This document shows, piece after piece, positions 22,728 through 34,849 of a stretch of DNA of 64,000 bases. Location: positions 103,850,001 through 103,914,000 of the forward strand of contig OZ024744.1 in the NCBI GenBank assembly GCA_964016885.1. Direction: 5' to 3'. Numbering within the stretch: position 1 is the stretch's first letter; every line of letters starts with the position of its first letter. Source of the DNA: Eledone cirrhosa (Eukaryota). The notes under the pieces were generated by a model, which did no database searches, was not told where the DNA came from, and was given only the letters and a program-made list of their open reading frames with translations. The translations under genes were made by a program, and so were the position numbers.

Positions 22728-24242
22728 CTGACAGTGGTACAGGATAATGTATTTTGGAAGGCGGGCGGCCAACAGAACTAATCGTGGAAAAACTGCATGC
22801 CTGGACAATATGTAAAGAAAATAAACCGAATACTCTGATGGCTGGATAATCTTTAAGATTTTCCTTGATGAAGCAGGAAAAATGCAGGTTTTCACCTAAT
22901 GCGGGCCCTAGGGGATCAAGAAAATGAATTTCTTTAGTGCATAATTCCCTTGAAATTTCGGGAAAAATCGGCTAGACGTAACGCTTCTAAAAAGCCCTAA
23001 AAAGCTAAAGAAATGAAGTTTTTCACCTAATGCGGGCCCTAAGCCATAAAAAAGTTGGATTTTCTTTGCTCACAGTATGAAGAAGAGACCAACTAATACA
23101 TAGTTACAATTTCAAGGAAATCGGTCTGACGTAACGCCTCAAAAAAACCCTAAAAAAGCTGAAAAAACGCAGTTTTTCATCCTAGAAGATCAAAAAGTTG
23201 AATTTTTATGTGCATAACACTCCCTAAAACATAAGTAATACACATGTAAAGTTTGAAAAAGATCGGTTGGGTACTTCTCAAGTTTTAGGGATTCAAACTC
23301 ACAGACACACACACACACACACACAGACAGACATTCTCAGTTTTATATATATAGACTAGCAGAAAACCATGCGGGGGCGGTTTTCTGCTAGTCTATATAT
23401 CTAAAACAGAGAATGTCTGTCTGTCAGCTCACTAAAACTTGAGAACCATCCAACCGATTGTTTTCAAACTTTAGACATGTAATACTTATGGTCCTGTGAG
23501 TGTTTTGAGCAAAAATTATTTCAAATTTTCAATGCCCTAGGGACCGCATTAGGCGATTTAGCGTTCTCTCTATATAATTCTTAGTCTTTCTTTTTAGATA
23601 GATACATAGATATAACGTTGCGCCCTTATAATATCTGTCTGTATGTCTGGCTGTCTGCATTACGTCATTATGACGCGCTCAGCGCGATTCCCTCGGCCTC
23701 AGTGACCAAAGTTAGTGGAGAGGGGAAGGTAATGTTTCTGTAGCACGTGTTTTAGCGTCTATTCACTCTCCCTCTCTCCCTCCCGCTATCCCCCTCTCGT
23801 AGTCTGTCTCTTTCTTTCACTCTCGCTCTCTCTCTACGCACGTGTTTCCACTGTCGGACAGACAGACAGAGAAATTGCTGGTTATATATATAAGTAGACT
23901 AGCAGAAAACCGCCCACCGTGTGGTTTTCTGCTAGTATATATATATATATTACACACACAGAAATGTATATATATTTCTGTGTGTATATATATATATTTC
24001 TATGTGTGTATATATATATATATATTACACACACACAGAAATATATATATGTTTCTGCAGCACTCCTCAATTCCCCCCCCCCCCTCTCTCCCTCCCGCTA
24101 TCCCCCTCTCGTAGTCTGTCTCTTTCTTTCGCTCTCACTCTCTCTCTACCCGTGCGCAAAAAACATTCGCATGCGCGCACGTGTTTCCACTGTCGGACAG
24201 ACAGACAGACAGAGAAATTGCTGGTTATATATTATAAGGAGA
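22728..24242 (-). mobile_element. Composite non-autonomous Helitron cluster
   Basis: 22728-23355 is homologous to 15763-16475; several TCTA(TA)n starts and CTAG hairpins; block sits between A and T of the RTE frame with no TSD. Confidence 0.8.
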
Positions 24243-24559
24243 TAGGATAAAACAAGGGGATATATACCAGCACCTACACTGTTTGCATTGTTTTACTCTA
24301 TAGATTTCCTTGTGGCATATAAGGACTGTACACATGGAATTTATAATAAGTATCATTCAACAGCCAAGTTATTCAACATCAGAGGGTTTGTCACCAAAAC
24401 AAAGGGGTTTACTTCTTTTTTTTTACAGTAATAAATTATTTTATTTGTGAATAATTGCTATACACGTTCGGTTGAAGAAAAACAAATATAAGGGCAATGA
24501 CGTCATACAATAAACGTATAAACACCCCCACTGGGTAAAAAAGGAAATATGTATAAAAG

Positions 24560-26378
24560 TATCGCAAAGTTGGCTTTAAATATGAAAAAGAAAGAAAGAT
24601 AAAAACAAAATTAAATAATGAGAAAAGAGGGCGAGGGGTAAAGAAGGGCAGATATAGCTGTATGGGAAAGTAGAGGAAAGGACTATAATTGTCATAAATG
24701 AGAGGAAAAGAAAGGAAAAGGCAAGGACTCTTGGGCCACAGAAGAAAGAGAGAAGGAAGGGGAGAGGGTGATGGGCTCTGGGCCTACAGTGGGGCGGTGT
24801 TTCGGCTACAACCCACAGACAAAACTGCAAAGGCATTTCCACAGACAATGACCAGAGACACCTGTTGCAACTGCCACCCCACCATGTGGGAGTTCCTTCC
24901 TCAGATGGGCTGCTTATGTTCCAATCTTATAGAGGAGCTCAGCAGTATGAGGTCCAAGGACACCTGAGGTCTCGACTGTGACCGGTGCGAAGAGGAAGTG
25001 GCCAGACAATCCCTGATATTTGTTTATTTTCCTTTCTTCTGCATAGCAAGCCACAATACCAGGATTTGTGGCCAAGGTGGAGGCAGAGAACCCATCACAA
25101 TATCTAGTATCCCAGTCAAGGGATCTACCTCATTCGAAAGGGAAGAGGGCAATTCTATCAGAGTGCTTGCAATCTCCATGGTCAAGGCTTGCTGGCTCTA
25201 GTTATGATGGGATCCCTCTCAATATGTCATTGAGAGCAACATGTTGGGGTTGCTGGCCTGTGCTCTGTTGGCAAGACAGTGGGTGCAGGCTGAACTTGTC
25301 AACAACTGCCCGACAACAGCATTTATGTGGCTCACACACATGGAGGCCGAGGTGTTGGGCCACTCAGATGCGAGTGCGCTCATCAACAAGAAGGGTACCG
25401 GTTGATGAGGAGGGCACTAAATTGAGCCTCACACCACTGTTTGGCTGTGAAGCAGAGTGAAGGCAGACGAGGTGGTGTTGGTCCAAGCTAGACTCCATCT
25501 GCCAGAAGATACCCCTGCACTTGATGTCATCCCAGTTACATTGGACATTTGTATACTGAAGGACAAAGAAGCCTTCACCTGTCCAGTCAGCCAGAGCCTG
25601 CTCAAGTTCTGCGGCCACGTCAGGTTCGGCCATCTTGCTGAGGACTTCATTTATGGGGGTGTGACTGGAGGAGATAGAGGAGAAGCAAGCCAGCAGTGCC
25701 AGATCCGAAGTGGATCGGAGGCCGAGGCCACCGAAGCTCCCTGAAAGCTTCAACTCTTGCCAGCCAGCACTGTTGAAACTGACTTTGCAGAAGAGTTCTG
25801 CACAGTATCAGATGGTGGCATCGAGTTCACCGAGGTGATCTGCATGGCGGTGACAAGGTGCACCACACAGCATGAACAAAAATTTGGGGAGGGCAAAGCA
25901 GTTCCTCAAGAGGTAGAGTGCTGGATGAGTGTCAATGAGGCACAGCATCTCTGCCTTTTGTGACAGGTATGTGTGCCTGGTTTCCAGGCACTCTCTTATG
26001 GCTTTCGAAAGAATTGGAAAGTCGAGAATGCAGGCAGCATCTCTTGGTGTTAGCCAAGCCTCAGACAGGACAGGATGGATGGTGAGTAGAGTGTAATGGA
26101 ATTCAACCTCTCCATAGCTAATGTTTGTCACTGCAGACTTGAATGTGTTGGTCTTGAGTCCGAGGTGCTTTAGAGCTACGATGATTAGCTGCAGGTCTTC
26201 AACTACCGTCTCAGCCGAGCCGCCCAGAGTCGCATAGTCCAGGTACGAAACGTTGAAGAGCAACCGAAAAGAGCAGGCAACATTGTCAACTGCCTGCGCA
26301 AAGAGGAGCAAGCCAAGTGGGTTTCCTTGCTGGACATCCGTAGCCAAAATAACCTTGTTGTCAGACAACAGCAAAGAT
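24560..26378 (-). mobile_element. Second CRE-clade retrotransposon, 5' truncated, heavily decayed
   Basis: VQQGNPLGLLLF, SYLDYATLGG, LYLLRNCFALPK, GGLGLRS, GDCKHSDRIALFPF...LDWD, QQVSLVIVCGNA; pyrimidine-rich 3' UTR. Confidence 0.85.
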
Positions 26379-26384
26379 CAACCA

Positions 26385-26655
26385 ACTGGTCTTTTCTGGA
26401 TAATTTTAGACAATTTCCAGAAATCTCTCACATGGCAATGCTATCAGGGGTTATCGTTCATTTAAGACAACTCTACAAGGACAAAAGTGGTGTCAGCCAG
26501 GCCTGCTCCAGATATTATTCTACACACTTTAGTTCACTGCTCAAACATTGCTTATCAGTGGAGTTTAATTGAACAGCTATTATTGCAAGTGTAGTAAATC
26601 CAGCTATTGATCAAGTCCATTGGGAAGATCACTCTGCATCTTCTTTTAGCTAGGA
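26385..26655 (+). mobile_element. Possible hAT C-terminal relic
   Basis: Broken frames FWI...FPEISHMA...F-TT...SGVS...PAIDQ only loosely fit the hAT dimerisation domain. Confidence 0.25.
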
Positions 26656-26739
26656 GGGGAAAGTAGTTTTCTTCTGTTTAGTGGCTATGGCAACAAAGGT
26701 TATAGACTGAAAATGCCAAGACTGAAAAAAAACTGAAGA

Positions 26740-26902
26740 CAGAAACATTCCTGGTCAACCAAGCCCTTATTAACTTTTTCAAGTTTCATTTGGAGAGGAA
26801 GGTAAGGTTAGAAAGAGAGGTGCTTCACCTCAGTTGAAAGGGAGGTGAAAATTGCAAATATGAGTCAAGTGAATGAGCCTACTCTGAACATGAACCTGTA
26901 GG
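26740..26902 (+). mobile_element. Probable L1/Tx1 ORF2 C-terminal fragment
   Basis: FFKFHLERKVRLEREVL...MNL* pattern recognised from memory. Confidence 0.4.
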
Positions 26903-27760
26903 TCAGGAATTGAGTAACACTTGCCCATAATTGTAGTTTTGTTGCCAGGTCATGCCTCTGTCACTTAGGACCATCAAACAACTTTTGCTCCTTCCTTCGT
27001 ATTTTATAGCACATGTCTTGGCTCTAACAATGCAACCTTCATGCTTTGCATTAAAAAAATGGTTAAGGGCCATTCTTGCTGCTATCCTGTTAGTTATAAG
27101 ACCTTCCCTAATCACCTCTTCTAAGCTCTCACTAGTTCCCTCTATGCTCTATTTTTCTCTACTGTTAATTCTTTTCTGATATCAGTTCCCCACTAATGGC
27201 TTTCTTCAAAGTGCCCCTACCACTGGTTGTTGATGATTGCTCCCATCAAATGTCTCTTAACTAATTCACAAATCTCTGATCTATGTTGTCAACCATTTGA
27301 AATTGAGGACACTCTACACTATTCCTGTCTGCTGACATAACAAACACCCTAACTAGATACAATCTGGATGACCCAATGTGGTTGATCGATTTTAACACTC
27401 ACACATTTGAGAAATCTGGTAGATATCTGTCAGACAGAAATAAGCAGGTCTATGAGGCTTTTACACACCCTGTTCTGTTTGTCAACTCCACAAAATCTAA
27501 ACTTGTGTCTGAGATACCATTTCAGTCTCCCACTAGTCCTAAACAGCAGGACATTTCCAAGAATGTTTCTAGACATCTGAAGAAGTCTGGTCACCCTGTT
27601 GGGGCAAAGATGGCCACTAGTGCAAAAATGGGGCAGGGGCACCACTTTGACTGTCATCCATTAGGAGGTCTGCAAATTAAATTTAACAAGATTAAAGTAA
27701 ATGTAGATAAACTAAACATGTTAATCCTTTCATTACAATATATCTAATGAAAGACGCTGC
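26903..27760 (-). mobile_element. L1/Tx1-like AP endonuclease region, decayed
   Basis: FALVAIFAP...FFRCLETFL, VGD*N, SSRLYLVRVF, ARMALNHFFNAKHEGCIVRAK...EG. Confidence 0.65.
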
Positions 27761-28573
27761 CAATGATTTTCAAATAGTTTGGAAAATAATCAGGAATTTA
27801 GTGGCATTTAGCAACATAACTAACTTTCAAATCATTAAGCCAGTATTTGGAACATAATATAACAAAAATTATTAGAGATGTTAGCCAGTGCTCCTCGCGA
27901 TACTGTTATCTTTTACTCTGGTAGTGGCTCTGTTGTCCACCCCTTTCGCCTGCCTTTTATTGTATGTAGTCCCAGATGTGAGCTTTTTTTCTTTTCTCTT
28001 TCTTTTCCTCTTTCTTTTTTTGTTTTTCCTTTCCCTTTCCTTTATATTATATTTGTTTCTGCCTCCATTCTGTGAGCATTGTATTATTATATAACAAATG
28101 TTCTTATAAAAAGTTATGATGGAAGCTTTTTAGATAAATACAAGCACTTCAAAATAAACAGTTCAGTATTGTAGAACCATGAGCAGTTAAAGACTTGTTG
28201 GTATGAAACGTGTTAAAATAGCAATAACTGATATGATTATGATAATGATTGTGATGACTGTGTAAATAATGGGTGAAATGGCTTGATGAGTCACTATTAC
28301 TCATTTCTTTTATTCTCTTTTCAGTTACACAGAAATCCTATTATCCACTCTTCTTCCTCTCCCCAGCTCCCCAATCTATCCGACATTTTCTTTTTTTTTC
28401 CAGTTTTTATCCATAAAATCAAAACTGCCATGATCTTCTGCTAATATACAATATGGTACTTTATTAGAATTAGTATTTATACAGATATTTTTACTACTGT
28501 TTTAGAAATAACATTAAAGTCTGATTTACTTTGTTTGTAGAATGTTCATACAATTTAGCAGTATTTAAATAAT

Positions 28574-28646
28574 TGTTTCTACTTTAGGCACAAGGCCAGC
28601 AATTACCCAGTACATTACTGGTGCTTTATTTTATCGACCCCGTAGT
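28574..28646 (-). mobile_element. 5'-truncated SINE (Deu/Nin-like)
   Basis: Reverse complement of the SINE tail; TSD AGTATTTAAATAAT at 28560-28573 and 28647-28660. Confidence 0.85.
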
Positions 28647-29590
28647 AGTATTTAAATAATAGTCACCAATTTAGCAGATGGATATAAGAGTAGATGTATC
28701 ACCACGAAGAATTATCATGATGTTGTATTCGTTGTAACTGGAAAGGTGTGTTAATAACATCACAAGACTTTACAATGTTTTTATGTAATTTATTTACAAA
28801 GATTGAGCTGAGTAGAGCTGGCATGCCAAAACAAATGAAACAAACGAATTAACATTTCAGAAAGCACGGTCTACTGGCTGAAGTGTTGGCCAGGCCATGG
28901 TTATATTGTTGTGTTACATATTGGCTAGTGACTTCACTGCGAAAGAAAAATAGTTGTTTACCTTCCCACGGTCAAAGCTGCAAGAGAGAGATTTTTTTAG
29001 CTGACGCAGGAATTTTTCCTGCAGGGCATGTAGAGATAGATTCTCCTCCGCTGGCGGTGATTGGCTGCACTGAGCCAAACAACGCACAGAGAATGTATAA
29101 TTGCGCCCAAGGAACGTAGGTCACTACAGTACTTTATTCTCTCCAATACAACCCTCACATGCACACATTTAGTAAAAAATGTTCTCTAAAAAATATTTTT
29201 GAAAAAAAACACATAATGAAAAGATTACCTAAATTTATAATTAAAAAATGTTTAAAAATACGTATTTAAGAAAGCCACAACAATTCAAAGGGAAATCTCG
29301 AGGTAGGAAGTGAAATATAGATAGGGAAAACAGGTGAAAGTGAAAGTTGAGAGAGACAAAGATGAAAACAAAACAAAGGTAGAAGGGTTACCGTAGTAGA
29401 GATTTAATCCCAATATTTCGGGCTCACGCCCATCAAAAAAAATGTTTGTTCTTTTATCCTTCGGTTTGTATAATTTTGAGTAAAGAGTTCACAGAATACA
29501 TGTAAAGTTGTTTATAACAACTTCAAATAATTATATTTACCAAATATTGTAAGTTATTCAAATCAGTCATATTTTTGAAGAATATATAAT

Positions 29591-29860
29591 TGTTTCTACC
29601 TTTGGCACAAGGCCAGCAATTATCCCAGTGTATTACTGGTACTTTATTTTATCGACCCCGTAAGGATGAAAGGCAAAGTTAACAATGATTTCTACTTTAC
29701 ACACAAGGCAATTTGTGGGAGGGGAAGTCGATTAAAACGACCCCAGTACTTGCCTGGTGCTTTACTTTATCAACCCCTGAAGGATAAAAGGTAAAGTTGA
29801 CCTCAGCAGGGTTTGAACTCAGAATGTAAAGGGCCACAACTAAATGCCACAGAACATTTC
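29591..29860 (-). mobile_element. Two adjacent Deu/Nin-like SINE fragments of different subfamilies
   Basis: TTTATCGACCCCGTAAGGATGAAAGGCAAAGTT (to ~29682), then TTTATCAACCCCTGAAGGATAAAAGGTAAAGTTGACCTC...TTTGAACTC. Confidence 0.8.
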
Positions 29861-29926
29861 TTTCGACATATGAAAAGTATACAATAAACACTTCAATAGT
29901 CATATTTATCAAATATTGCAATATAT

Positions 29927-32900
29927 AATAATAATAATAATAATAATGAAATTATTATATACAGTGCTCAGGTGCACTACAACTCATCAAAGGTGCATGT
30001 AGAGTACATAAAATAATGTACAAAAATCAGGAAAATTAACAGTGTATGAGTCATAATATACATGTGTGTGTGTGTGTATGGAGGGGGGGGGGGGGGGGTA
30101 TCAGGTGTAGTGTTGGCGAATTTCAGGAAGCATGTGGGTTTTAAAGGATGCAGTGTCTCAACAGCTAATAACTGATGCAGGTAGTTCGTCCCATGCTTCA
30201 GCAACTCTGAAAGTGAAAAAATGTTTCCGAAAGTGATGGGAGCTGTGCTGCTTTCTGACTTTGTAGGCATGTCCACGGGAGTTAGACGCACGGAATTCAA
30301 AAAGGTGCTCAGGGTTGTTATTGGCAAGATGGTTAATAATTTTATGGGTGTTTACTAAGTCAGTTGCCAGACGTCGGAGCTTCAATGTATCCATGTCCAG
30401 AGAAGCAAGGCGTTCAGAGTATGGTAGATGCCTGATGGAGGGTATTTGCTTGGTTGCACGTCTCTGAACAGTTTCCAGGCGGTCAATGTTCTGAGCAAGA
30501 TAGGAGTTCCAGACTGGTGATGCAAATTCTAAGTGTGGTCGCACCATAACTATATACAGCTTTAAATAGATATCTGGAGAGCGGCTATGATTGATAGCTT
30601 TGATTGATAGCCTTGATTGATAGCTTTGGATGCAGTGTCCCAACAGCTAACAACTGATGCAGGTAATTTGTTCCATGCTTTAGCAACTCTGAATGTGAAA
30701 AAATATTTTTGAAGGTCATAGTAGCTTTACTGTTTTCTAATTTTGTAAGCATGCCCACAGATGTTAGACATGGAATTTAAAAAGGTGCTCAGGGTTGTTG
30801 TTGGAGAGATGGTTACTAATCTTGTGGGTGTCTACCAAGTCAGTTGTCAGATGTCGGAGCTTTAATGTATCCATGCCTGATGCAGGGTATTCGTTTGGTT
30901 GCACGTCCCTGAACAGTTTCCTGGAGATCAATATTCTGAACAAGATAGGTATTCCAGACTGGTGAGGCAAATTCTAAGTGTGGCTACACCATAGCTATAT
31001 ACAGCTTTAAATAGATAGCTGGAGAGTGACTGACAAAGGTCTTGCTGAGTGATGCTAAGACACTCTCGACCTTCTTGACAATTTTAGAGATGTGCTTTGT
31101 CCAATGCAAATCGCTGCTGGCAGTAATGCCTAGGTCACATTCACAGAAGACTTCTTGATATTAGTGTTGTGGAGAGATTATGTGGACGCTGGGTTTTTCC
31201 TCCCAAAAGCAAGCCAGCTTGAGTTGCCAGTCTGTAATCCACTGTTGCATTGTGTCCAGGTCTGATTGAAGGATAGATCTATAGTGTTCAGGATCTGTCC
31301 TTTTTATCTCAAGGTACAGCTTGATGTCATCTGCATATTTCAGTACTGTGGCATTCTTTAAGTTGGCATCAATGTCATTAATATATGCCACAAACAAAAG
31401 GGGACCAAGAACAAATCCCTGTGGTACACCAGATGACATCTCATATGGTGAGGAATGCTGTCCTAGAACCATGACTACTTCTCTTCGACTGGGAATGAAG
31501 GACTTCAACCAGTTAAAAAGATCATCCTTCACACCCATTGCAGAGAGTTTTGCCATATGTCTTTTGGTAGCACAGAATTAAAAGCTTTAGCAAAGTCAAG
31601 GTAAACAACATCCACCCATGAGCCACCATCAGTGATCTAGGTGATGTCTTCAAGAAATTCGATAAGTTGATCACAGCAGCTGCAGTTGGGGATAAATCCA
31701 AATTGCAAGGGCCTGATAAGACTGTGAGAATTCCAGAAGTTCGAAAGTGTTTCTTTGACACAGGATTCCATCATTTTGGCAATGCAGCTAGTAAGACTGA
31801 CTGGACAATAATTGACAGGCGACGTGCAGTTACCCTTTTTTTGAACAGAGGAATGACACTGGCAGTTTTCCACTGCTCTGGAGTAGCACTGTTGTTAAGA
31901 CAGAATTGAAAGAAGAGTGATAGCTGGTGCAGAAGTAAGTTCGAACCACATTTGAGAAGCAGGTACGTAACACCATCACGACCAGGAGAGGCATGTTTGT
32001 GTTTATTCTTAAGGTGACGTCGCAGCATTGCAGTTGTAAATTCCATAGTTGTTATAGAATTTGATGTCAGAGGTGGTGGAGATGGTACACTTTGGTCTTC
32101 AACAGTGAAAATGCCTGCATAGCATTCAGCAATGAGTTCTGCACATTCCTTGGGGTCATCAGTAATTTGGCTGGCTTGTGTAGGGATTGCGAAGAGGACC
32201 AACTGGAGAGTGAGGCCTCTGCTTTGAATGTACATATTTCCAGAACACCTTACTGTCAGGGCTGGTTGTTATAAACTGTTCAAATTCAAGTACTGCCTTT
32301 TTTGTCACCTGCTTGATATGGTTGGATGATTTATTTTGCTTTTTCCTATTGAATTACTGATTTATGCAGTTGTACTTACGTTCAGCATTACGACGTTCTT
32401 TCCTGGCCAGACGGACTGCTGCAGTCGCCCAAATTGCACTTTAGAGATGTTTTTTCTCTGCTTACATGGCACCAATGCTGCACATGCTGTCCATATTGAG
32501 TTCAGGATGTTCTGGAGTACAGTATTGACATCTCCAGAGTTGTAAAATAGCGTTGTAGCTTGGTGCAGTAATAGTTCCAGTCTGCTTTATTCCACTCAAA
32601 GTGAGTAGTTTGGAGATAGTTGTGGTTTTTGTTACTGCCCATGAGGGACAGATTGGCAATCTTAGGGTGATTGAAGTCCCCTGCAATAAAAACATAAGTG
32701 GCTGCTGTGTATCCTGATGGTAATTTGAGGGTGGTAAACAACTCCAAGTAGCAGTGTTGACATGGTCATACATATATCGCAGAAGAATACTTCTTGCTGC
32801 AATTGGTTCAAATCAACACAAGGAATTGCTGAAAAGTTTCAACGAACATAGACCATCACACCAGCACCACAATGATTAATGCGGTCATTACGAAACAAGT

Positions 32901-34050
32901 AGTAGTCAGCTATGCTGAAAACCTCATCACAGAGTAAGGAATGTGCCCATGTTTCCATGACTGTAATGAAATCAGGGTCGATACTTTTCACATAGGAATC
33001 AAAAAGATGTATCCTGTTGCATAGACTACGAACATTTAAAGACAACAATTTGTACCTTGATTTCAGTTTATGATGATGTGCAGGGGATGGCAGGTTGTTC
33101 TGATTTAGTTTCCCACAGTTTTTTCAGTTTTTTCATTGCCAGTTATTGTGGGTACAGTGTGTTCAGACCAGCTGGTATCTCTTTTCCATGTTTCACCAGC
33201 CTTAATAAACTTCCATATCTGCCCATCATCACGTAGGCTGAAGCTTTTATGTTGTGCCGAGTTGCGACGCAACTTTGGGCGGACATCAGGTGGAAGACCA
33301 GGACGTGTTCGGAAGGCAATCCGATTTTCCCGCCTAGCTTTATCAGAGGCTGAAAGATATGAACGTGCCTCAGTAGAGTTAAAAAAGACAGTCTAATTAG
33401 CCTGGGTTCGGGATCTGGTCGGCCAAGGCAGAGAGCACCCTTCAGGGGAGCACAGCCCAAGTGTTTGGATGAGCTGGCAGTAAATGCCTGAAGATCAACT
33501 ATGTCATCTGGTACACCAATGGCAATCACTTTGTGGTTTACAGATTCAGTGGCATTCTCAATGCGTCTAGATTCGGCAAGAGGTACGCATAGATTTTTTA
33601 ACAAGGCACTCTGTTAAGATCCCTCATTGTGAGGTTCTACATGAACGCTTGATTTGATTCCTGCTATTTCTTGGCTTAAAGCAGAAATCATTTGCCATAT
33701 TTCCACAAACTCTGTATTGATGGTCAATTTTTGCTGTTGTTGTTATTCTTCTTCAACAGGAATGGTAGGAAAAGACACAGTCGTCGGTTGTTGTTGAAAA
33801 GTAACGGGGAAGGAAGACATGGGTTGCTGTTGTTGATGATGTCCTTCAATAGGAGTGGTAACAGAAGCTACGGTCGTTGGTTTTTGCCATTGTTCAGCAG
33901 CAATGATAGAAGAAGACAAGGTCATCGGTTTTTGTTGTTGTTGTTCAACAGCAATAGTAGAGGCAGACACACAGGCCAGGTACTGAAAGGACCAATTTGG
34001 TAGCTGGACCATTTCCTAGAGGCCATCTATCATAGAAATATGGTGTCTCT
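29927..34050 (-). mobile_element. CR1-group LINE, near full length, disrupted (ORF1 + APE-RT ORF2), duplicated 3' region
   Basis: LNVRSL...VMETW, IAGDFNHP, SPGRDG, NYCPVSLTS, SGVPQGFVLGPLLF, YADDIKLY, RPHLEFASPVW, VQRRATK, RGHAYK, FFTFRVAEAWDELP; (ATT)n tail; ORF1-like remnants ~33140-34012; 5' boundary approximate. Confidence 0.9.
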
Positions 34051-34260
34051 TTTTCTGACCCGGGATCTTTCGAAAGTTTGTGGCACATTGAAGGCAAACA
34101 GAAACTACTATGTAATTTATATGTTGTAAACTGTTCATTTTAGCCAGGTGTAAAGTTCACTGGAAAACAAGTTCTATTTCAGTTAAATACCATATACAAT
34201 AAGTACAGTAATTAAAATTAAAGTCATTTATTAATTGACAATACACCACTTTTATATAAT

Positions 34261-34350
34261 TGTTTCTACTTTTGGCACAAGGCCAGCAATTATTCCAGTA
34301 CATTACTGGTACTTTATTTTATCGACCCCGTAAGGATGAAAGGCAAAGTT
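34261..34350 (-). mobile_element. 5'-truncated SINE (Deu/Nin-like)
   Basis: Same tail and core; TATATAAT on both sides. Confidence 0.85.
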
Positions 34351-34849
34351 ATATATATATAATATTCACGCGTACAGGAAGAAAATAATCAGGTTTTATT
34401 CAATAACTTTCATAAAACAATGAAAAACAAAAAATATTAAATTCATTTCTTTTATTGAAGTTTACCTGTAATATTATCTGACCCCACCCAGCCCTAATTT
34501 TTCTCCCCTATAACATTTTCTTGCTCCTCGCCCCGGGCAAGAATCATTAAATATATTGAACATAAAATAAAAAGTAAATTAGGTCACATTCACCTATTTA
34601 TGACAAATTACTATCTAGAAAAAATGGCGCATTTCACACAATTTAACAGATTTATATGGATTAAAGACGAGTTAGAGTTGCAATGAAACCTGTTTCTTAA
34701 TGTATTAATGTCCTCAGTGTCAGTAAACTTAACTTGATACACTGGAAATTGGAAACATGACACTGGAAACATACCTCTTGTAATAGCTAAAATTTTACAA
34801 AAATAACTTCTACCATAAGCACATAACCAAAATGTATTTAAAGTGAACA

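Larger units (their letters stand above)
21815..24410 (+). mobile_element. Old RTE-BovB-like RT fragment hosting nested insertions
   Basis: PTLEEV...GMDGICAEVLK (to 21933); PQDRKDA...DCGNYCGITLHSVVGK, LWKILTKFGCPDK...FHDDM...IE (22430-22727); N-RIKQG...APTLF (from 24243). Confidence 0.75.

Noticed and set aside
28850-29140. CpG-containing patch with GATTGG as a host promoter
   Set aside because: No linked exon or ORF; a single CCAAT word is not sufficient evidence
29411-29436. Third hammerhead-like motif (minus strand TTGAT-GGGC-GTGA-GCCC-GAAA)
   Set aside because: Core CUGANGA is incomplete and there is no stem I or III; could be chance
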